A DNA stretch of 64,000 bases from Elusimicrobiota bacterium. GTDB taxonomy: Bacteria; Elusimicrobiota; Elusimicrobia; UBA1565; UBA9628. The notes beneath the pieces are model-generated. The model was given only the letters and a program-made list of their open reading frames with translations. It did not search any database and had not been told where the DNA came from. The stretch covers positions 821 to 64,820 of the forward strand of contig JAHFCF010000004.1 in the NCBI GenBank assembly GCA_023249645.1, given 5' to 3'. Of the stretch, positions 58,732 through 64,000 are shown in pieces (positions within the stretch are counted from its first letter, which is position 1; every line of letters begins with the position of its first letter). A program made the translations under genes and the position numbers.

Positions 58732-59124
58732 ATGAAGATCTTGAATATGTCGCAGGGAGCCGTACTCGGCCTTCACGCGGTCATGTGCCTCTCCAAAAGC
58801 GACGGCCAGCCCGTCACCACGCAGGAGGCGGCCGAGCTGCTGAAAGTCTCTCCGGCGCACCTGTCCAAGATATTCCAGCGTCTGGGCAAGGCCGGCCTGG
58901 TAAAAGCCTTGCGGGGTCCGAGCGGGGGTTATCTGCTGCAGAAGGCGCCTTCTGCCATCCGTCTTCGAGACGTGTTCGAGGCCCTTGAAGGCCCTTTCCC
59001 CATGAACCGTTGTCTGTTGTCTCGGCCGCGCTGCGCTTGGGACAAGTGCATGCTGGGGACCATGCTCCAGGACGTCCATCAGATCGTGGCTCGCCAGTTC
59101 GAAAAAAGATTATCTGATCTTTAA
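58732..59124 (+). CDS. Rrf2-family transcriptional regulator (NsrR/IscR-like, three-Cys cluster ligands)
   Basis: N-terminal wHTH (VTTQEAAELLKVSPAHLSKIFQRL), C-terminal CLLSRPRCAWDKC. Confidence 0.85.
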   Translation: MKILNMSQGAVLGLHAVMCLSKSDGQPVTTQEAAELLKVSPAHLSKIFQRLGKAGLVKALRGPSGGYLLQKAPSAIRLRDVFEALEGPFPMNRCLLSRPRCAWDKCMLGTMLQDVHQIVARQFEKRLSDL

Positions 59125-59140
59125 AGGGTATAATATGTAA

Positions 59141-60799
59141 ATGTTCTGTTATCAATGCGAGCAGACGGCCAAGGGAACGGGATGCACGGTGGCGGGGGTG
59201 TGCGGAAAGGACGCCACGACGGCCAGTCTGCAGGATCTGACGGTCTATGCCACGAAGGGCCTTGCCATGGTCGCGCATCGGGCGCGCCGGCTCGGGGTCA
59301 AGGATGCGGAGATCGACCGCTTCGTCCTTGAGGCTCTCTTCACCACAGTGACCAATGTCAATTTCGACCCAGAGCGGGTGCGCGGTTTCATCCTGCGCGC
59401 GGTCAGCCTGCGCGAGAAGGCCAAGGCCCTTTATAAGGCAGCCTGCGGCCGCCAGGGGGAGACCCCTGAGGAGTTCTCCGGGCCGGCGGTCTTCACCCCA
59501 GCCGCGGATGTGTCAGGGATGGTCAATCAGGCCGTTCGCATCGGCATCCTGAAAAGGAAGGAAGCCAGCGGTGAGGACGTCACCGGTCTGGAGGAGCTCT
59601 TGACCTACGGCTTGAAGGGCATGGCGGCTTACGCGGACCATGCCTTGATCCTCGGCCAGCAATCCGAGGAGGTCTTCGCTTTCTTCCATAAGGCTCTGGA
59701 CTATCTGGCGCAGTCCAACAAGACCGCCGGCGATCTGCTGGCCTGGTGTCTGCGCTGCGGGGAGATAAATCTCAAGGTCATGGAGCTTCTCGATCGGGCC
59801 AACACCGGCGCCTATGGCCAACCAGTTCCGACGACGGTGCGCGTCGAGCCCATCCAGGGCAAGGCCATCGTGGTTTCGGGGCATGATCTGAAGGACTTGG
59901 AACAGCTTCTCAAGCAGACTGAGGGCAAAGGCATCAATGTCTATACCCACGGTGAGATGCTGCCGGCCCACGCCTATCCGGGCCTCAAAAAATACAAGCA
60001 TCTCGTGGGCAACTACGGCGGGGCTTGGCAGGACCAGAAAAGGGAGTTTGCCGCCTTTCCCGGCGCCGTGCTCATGACCACCAACTGCATCCAGAAGCCT
60101 GAGGAGTCTTATAAAGGAAGGATATTCACGAGCGGTCTGGTGGCTTGGCCGGGCGTCACTCATATTAAGGAAGGGGACTTCTCGACCGTGATCCAGGCGG
60201 CCTTGGCGGCCACGGGGTTCACGACGGATGGGCCGGACAAGACCATCCTGGTCGGTTTCGGGCACAACGCGGTCTTGGGCGTGGCGCCTCAGGTGATCGA
60301 GGCGGTCCAGGCCGGCAAGATCCGCCGCTTCTATCTCATCGGAGGCTGCGATGGGGCCAAGAGCGGCCGCAACTACTACACGGACTTCGCCCGGGCCGTG
60401 CCCAAGGACTGCGTGATCCTGACCTTGGCTTGCGGCAAGTACCGGTTCAACAAGCTCGACTTCGGAGATATCGGGGGTATCCCGAGGCTCTTGGATTGCG
60501 GCCAATGCAACGACGCCTACTCGGCGATCAAGATCGCCGTAGCCTTGGCCGGGGCCTTTAAGTGCGGAGTCAATGACCTGCCCTTGTCCATGATCCTCTC
60601 CTGGTACGAGCAAAAAGCCGTGGTCATCCTCCTGACCCTGCTCTCCTTAGGCATCAAGAATATCCGCCTGGGGCCGAGCCTGCCGGCCTTTGTGACGCCC
60701 AGCGTGCTCAAGATCCTGGTGGAGAAATTCGCCATCAAGCCCGTCTCGACTGCGGCCCAAGACCTCGAGGCGACGCTGGCGATGTCTGTTCAGGCTTAA
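59141..60799 (+). CDS. hcp: Hybrid cluster protein / hydroxylamine reductase
   Basis: MFCYQCEQTAKGTGCTVAGVCGK N-terminal cubane Cys motif, 552 aa. Confidence 0.95.
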   Translation: MFCYQCEQTAKGTGCTVAGVCGKDATTASLQDLTVYATKGLAMVAHRARRLGVKDAEIDRFVLEALFTTVTNVNFDPERVRGFILRAVSLREKAKALYKAACGRQGETPEEFSGPAVFTPAADVSGMVNQAVRIGILKRKEASGEDVTGLEELLTYGLKGMAAYADHALILGQQSEEVFAFFHKALDYLAQSNKTAGDLLAWCLRCGEINLKVMELLDRANTGAYGQPVPTTVRVEPIQGKAIVVSGHDLKDLEQLLKQTEGKGINVYTHGEMLPAHAYPGLKKYKHLVGNYGGAWQDQKREFAAFPGAVLMTTNCIQKPEESYKGRIFTSGLVAWPGVTHIKEGDFSTVIQAALAATGFTTDGPDKTILVGFGHNAVLGVAPQVIEAVQAGKIRRFYLIGGCDGAKSGRNYYTDFARAVPKDCVILTLACGKYRFNKLDFGDIGGIPRLLDCGQCNDAYSAIKIAVALAGAFKCGVNDLPLSMILSWYEQKAVVILLTLLSLGIKNIRLGPSLPAFVTPSVLKILVEKFAIKPVSTAAQDLEATLAMSVQA

Positions 60800-60812
60800 G
60801 TAGAATACACCC

Positions 60813-60998
60813 ATGAAACTCTCCATAAAAGTCGCGGCAGCGTTCCTGTCGGTGGTTTCTCTGGCGCATCTGCTCAGGCTGGTGATGCGATGGCCCATCA
60901 CGATCAACGGCCTGGAGGTCCCTCTGTGGCTGAGCGCTCCGGCCTTCCTGGTGACCGGGGCTCTGGCCCTTTGGCTCTGGCAGGACCATAAGGTCTGA
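60813..60998 (+). CDS. Small hypothetical 2-TM membrane protein
   Basis: 61 aa, two hydrophobic helices; weak. Confidence 0.25.
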   Translation: MKLSIKVAAAFLSVVSLAHLLRLVMRWPITINGLEVPLWLSAPAFLVTGALALWLWQDHKV

Positions 60999-61029
60999 GT
61001 CTTTTGTCGGGTTCCTGGGCAAACAGACC

Positions 61030-62088
61030 ATGTCCATCGGATATTTTTCTTTGGCAGCACTGGCCGTTGTCATGGGGTTGGTGCTTTTCCTACCGTTCTC
61101 CGTCAAAAAGGTGGAGGAGGAACTGGAAGCCTTCCTCTTCGTTGTGGGAGCGCTGGCAGTCACGGTCTCGGGTCGTTGGAGTTTGCAGCTGGTCCGGGAA
61201 TCTGTCATCGAACCGATCAAAATCGCATCCGCCGTCCTGATCGGAGGAGTTTTATTTCGTATGGCTCGCTCCCGCATCCATCGGGCGGTCCTGTCGATCG
61301 AGCGATCCTTGGGCTTGCCCTTGGCCATGGCCGCCATTATTCTCATCCTGGGATTAAGCTCAAGCTTCATTACTGCCATCATTGCCGCGCTCATCCTGGC
61401 CGAGGTCGTGACTGCCTTGAAGCTCGAGCGCCGCTATGAGCTGCGCTTCGTTGTCTGCGCCTGCTATGCCATCGGACTGGGTGCAGCCTTGACTCCTCTG
61501 GGCGAGCCACTCTCCACCATCGTGGCGTCTAAACTCCAAGGCCCGCCGCACTATGCTGATTTTTTCTATTTGGCCCGGCTCCTGGCTTGGTGGATCGTGC
61601 CAGGCATCGCGCTTGTCGCCGGGATCGGCGCCTGGAAGGTCGGCAGGCCTGTCCAGAGCCGGGAGACGCTTCGGGAAGACAAGAGGGAAGACTTTCAGGA
61701 TATCGTCCTCCGAGCCGGGAAGGTCTACCTTTTTGTCATGTCCCTGGTGTTTCTGGGAGCTGGTCTGGCTCCTCTGGCGGAGCAGGCCACGGCCCTGGCC
61801 CCTGACTGGGCTCTATTCTGGCTCAACTCCCTCTCCGCGGTCCTAGATAATGCCACTCTAGCCGCGGCCGAGGTGGTTCCTTCTATGAGTGGTACGAAGA
61901 TAACCTATGCGCTCCTGGGTTTGCTGATCTCAGGCGGCATGCTCATCCCGGGAAACATCCCCAACATCATCAGTGCAACCAAACTCGACATCCGCAGCCG
62001 GGAATGGGCTGTGGTGGCGATCCCGTTGGGTTTGGTGATGATGGCAGGCTGTTTCGTCTCGCTGCTCTGCCTGCACGCTACTTTTTGA
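61030..62088 (+). CDS. Polytopic membrane protein (DUF1646-like putative transporter)
   Basis: 352 aa, ~10 TM helices. Confidence 0.5.
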   Translation: MSIGYFSLAALAVVMGLVLFLPFSVKKVEEELEAFLFVVGALAVTVSGRWSLQLVRESVIEPIKIASAVLIGGVLFRMARSRIHRAVLSIERSLGLPLAMAAIILILGLSSSFITAIIAALILAEVVTALKLERRYELRFVVCACYAIGLGAALTPLGEPLSTIVASKLQGPPHYADFFYLARLLAWWIVPGIALVAGIGAWKVGRPVQSRETLREDKREDFQDIVLRAGKVYLFVMSLVFLGAGLAPLAEQATALAPDWALFWLNSLSAVLDNATLAAAEVVPSMSGTKITYALLGLLISGGMLIPGNIPNIISATKLDIRSREWAVVAIPLGLVMMAGCFVSLLCLHATF

Positions 62089-63727
62089 GTTCCAGCGCAG
62101 CTTGGCGTTTCGTCCAGTCATAAAGGCGGCGCACCTCTTCTGTCCGTTCGCCGCTCTGCAGGGCTCGCTCGTAATAAGTTAAGGCTTCCCTATATTTCTT
62201 CTGCTGCGACAGCGCCACGCCCATGTTCGCGTTGGCTTCCACGTCGTTGGGAGCGATTCGAAGCCCGCGTCGGAGCCAGTCTTCGGCGGAGGCGAGGCGG
62301 CCTTGTTCGATCTCGATCTGGCCGATGGCGCTGTAGGACTTCGGCTGGCTCGGATCGATGCGCACGGCCTCGAGGAAATGCTCCAGAGCCTCGCCGTGGC
62401 GTTTTTGCTTCTCCAAGACGGTCGCCAGATTGAACTGGGCCACGGCATTGGGCGGCGTGACCGCGATGGCTCGCTGCCAAACGGTCTCATCATTTTCCCA
62501 GGTGCCGGTCTGGATGAAAGTCATCATGCCCAAAATGCCTAACAGAGAGATCGCCAGCGGCTTGAGCAGGAGGGGGGAGGCCAGCTTGCGGATCTCCCAG
62601 GCGAGGGCGATGAAGACGCCGATGAGCGGGATGTAGGTGTATCGGTCCGCCATGGCGTGTCCGCCCACCTGGATGAGGCCGGCCATGGGTAGGAGCGTGA
62701 TGATGTACCACAGCCACCCGAAAAGAAGATGGGGTCGTGCCTTGGAATTTTTTATGGCGATGAAAGTCAGGCCGAGCAGTAAGATTGCAGCGGCTGTAGC
62801 TTCCCAATGCGGCAAAGAGGCCCCTGGATGGGGATAGAACACGGCCAGCCCCACGGGCCAGAGCATCTTGCCCAGGTAGGAGACATAGGCCACGAGAGCG
62901 TTGGATAGCCGAACGCTGAAAGAAAGATTCTGCAGTTGAGAGATGGCCCCGACGGAGCCCTGGGCCCATAGGGTCGCGAGCCCCAGGGCGAGGGACATTC
63001 CGAAGAGAGGGATCTTTTCGCAGAGCAATCTTCCAGCTCCGAGCGAGCGGCGGTCGAGCGGCCAATAATCGAGCAGGAGCAAGGCGATGGGAAGCGTCAC
63101 GGCCACTGGTTTTGACATGAGGCTCAATCCAAAGGCTGCGGCGACGGCAAGATAATTTTTCATGTTCGGCGTGCGCGCATAGCGGACATAGGCCAGTAGG
63201 CTCAAGAGCCAGAAGAAGGCGCATAAAACATCCTTGCGCGAGCTGATCCAGGCGACGGACTCGACGTGCAGGGGGTGAATGGCGAAGAGCCCGGCGACGA
63301 AAGCCGCGCATCCTCTCGCGCCTGTCAGCCTTTGAAGGAGGATGAAAAGAAGGAGGGTGTTGGCGACATGAAAGAGGACGTTGGTCAGGTGATAGCCGCA
63401 TGGGTTGGAGGCGCTCAGGTCATGGTCGAGCATGAGCGAGAGCATGGTCAAAGGGTGCCAGTTGCCTGCCGCGGTCCCAGTGAAGGCCCAGCGCGCGCTC
63501 TCGCTGGTGAGGCCCGCCGCCACGTCAGGGTTCTGCGTCACGTAGGGCTCATCGTCCATGGCGATGAAGCCGAGGCTTGGCGCGCGGCTGTAGGCGGCGA
63601 AAGTCGCCAGCGCTAAGGCCGCGCAGAGCATCAGGGTGGAAGAAAACGAGGATTTCCCGGGAGGATGGATGTCTTTGCGAACGGTTTTCATCTCGGCGAT
63701 ATCATACCAGGCTTGGAGGGGAATCAC
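62078..63727 (-). CDS. Membrane protein with C-terminal TPR repeats (PMT/TMTC-like glycosyltransferase family 39-like)
   Basis: ~11 TM helices N-terminally, 3-4 TPR units C-terminally (AIGQIEIEQGRLASAEDWLRRGLRIAPND...). Confidence 0.55.
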   Translation of the reverse strand: MIPLQAWYDIAEMKTVRKDIHPPGKSSFSSTLMLCAALALATFAAYSRAPSLGFIAMDDEPYVTQNPDVAAGLTSESARWAFTGTAAGNWHPLTMLSLMLDHDLSASNPCGYHLTNVLFHVANTLLLFILLQRLTGARGCAAFVAGLFAIHPLHVESVAWISSRKDVLCAFFWLLSLLAYVRYARTPNMKNYLAVAAAFGLSLMSKPVAVTLPIALLLLDYWPLDRRSLGAGRLLCEKIPLFGMSLALGLATLWAQGSVGAISQLQNLSFSVRLSNALVAYVSYLGKMLWPVGLAVFYPHPGASLPHWEATAAAILLLGLTFIAIKNSKARPHLLFGWLWYIITLLPMAGLIQVGGHAMADRYTYIPLIGVFIALAWEIRKLASPLLLKPLAISLLGILGMMTFIQTGTWENDETVWQRAIAVTPPNAVAQFNLATVLEKQKRHGEALEHFLEAVRIDPSQPKSYSAIGQIEIEQGRLASAEDWLRRGLRIAPNDVEANANMGVALSQQKKYREALTYYERALQSGERTEEVRRLYDWTKRQAALELKK

Positions 63728-63775
63728 AATTTCCTGAAAAATGGTATAATGGTTTCAGAGAAGTCGGAGGATCCC

Positions 63776-63946
63776 ATGGCATACAAGATCAGTGAAAAAT
63801 GCAACGCCTGCGGCACCTGCTTTGATACCTGCCCTTCCGAGGCTATTGTGAAGGGCGATCCGCGCTATCAGATCGACGCCGAGAAGTGCATCGACTGCGC
63901 GGCTTGCGAGTCGGCCTGCCCCGAAAGCGCCATCGCTGCCGCCTGA
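63776..63946 (+). CDS. 2x[4Fe-4S] ferredoxin
   Basis: CNACGTCFDTCP and CIDCAACESACP motifs in 56 aa from MAYKISEK. Confidence 0.8.
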   Translation: MAYKISEKCNACGTCFDTCPSEAIVKGDPRYQIDAEKCIDCAACESACPESAIAAA

Positions 63947-64000
63947 GCCTAGCAGATCCTCGGCAGGGCCTCGCCGCTGGGCGCGTCGAGGATGCGTTCC

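Noticed and set aside
59513-60613. 366-aa minus-strand ORF opposite hcp
   Set aside because: Shadow ORF; hcp on the plus strand is unambiguous.

Overview
This is a high-GC (~63%) bacterial chromosomal window, almost entirely coding, with many 4-nt ATGA start/stop overlaps. The left end carries housekeeping genes: phosphohexomutase, eno, ftsB, an MBL hydrolase, two tandem lgt paralogs and an RluA pseudouridine synthase. The central block is dominated by c-type cytochrome respiratory genes that look like extracellular/periplasmic electron transfer machinery. These are a Rieske/cytochrome b complex with a 9-heme cytochrome c; a candidate Cyc2-like fused monoheme cytochrome-porin; and a complete alternative complex III (actABCDEF) with a six-heme ActA and a seven-heme ActE. 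They continue with a 13-15 heme NapC/NirT-family (ImcH-like) membrane cytochrome and a triheme c7-like cytochrome. Further along are a decaheme MtrA/MtoA/PioA-like cytochrome with a large outer-membrane beta-barrel, and an 11-heme c + cytochrome b fusion (CbcL-like) coupled to ccsBA system II cytochrome biogenesis. Two Fnr-like regulators with N-terminal Cys clusters sit in this region. Between the cytochrome blocks are a TCA/gluconeogenesis cluster (gltA, pckG, icd, acnA) and hemA. The right half has hdrCBA-mvhDGA (heterodisulfide reductase plus [NiFe] hydrogenase) with maturation genes, a low-GC ORF6N insertion with a long hairpin, a nitrosative-stress cluster (qNOR, NsrR-like Rrf2, hcp) and assorted membrane proteins. 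A recurrent ATGAY-N4-RTCAT box upstream of several respiratory operons suggests a shared Crp/Fnr-type regulon. No rRNA, tRNA or CRISPR was seen. All calls are from reading the ORF translations and sequence motifs only.
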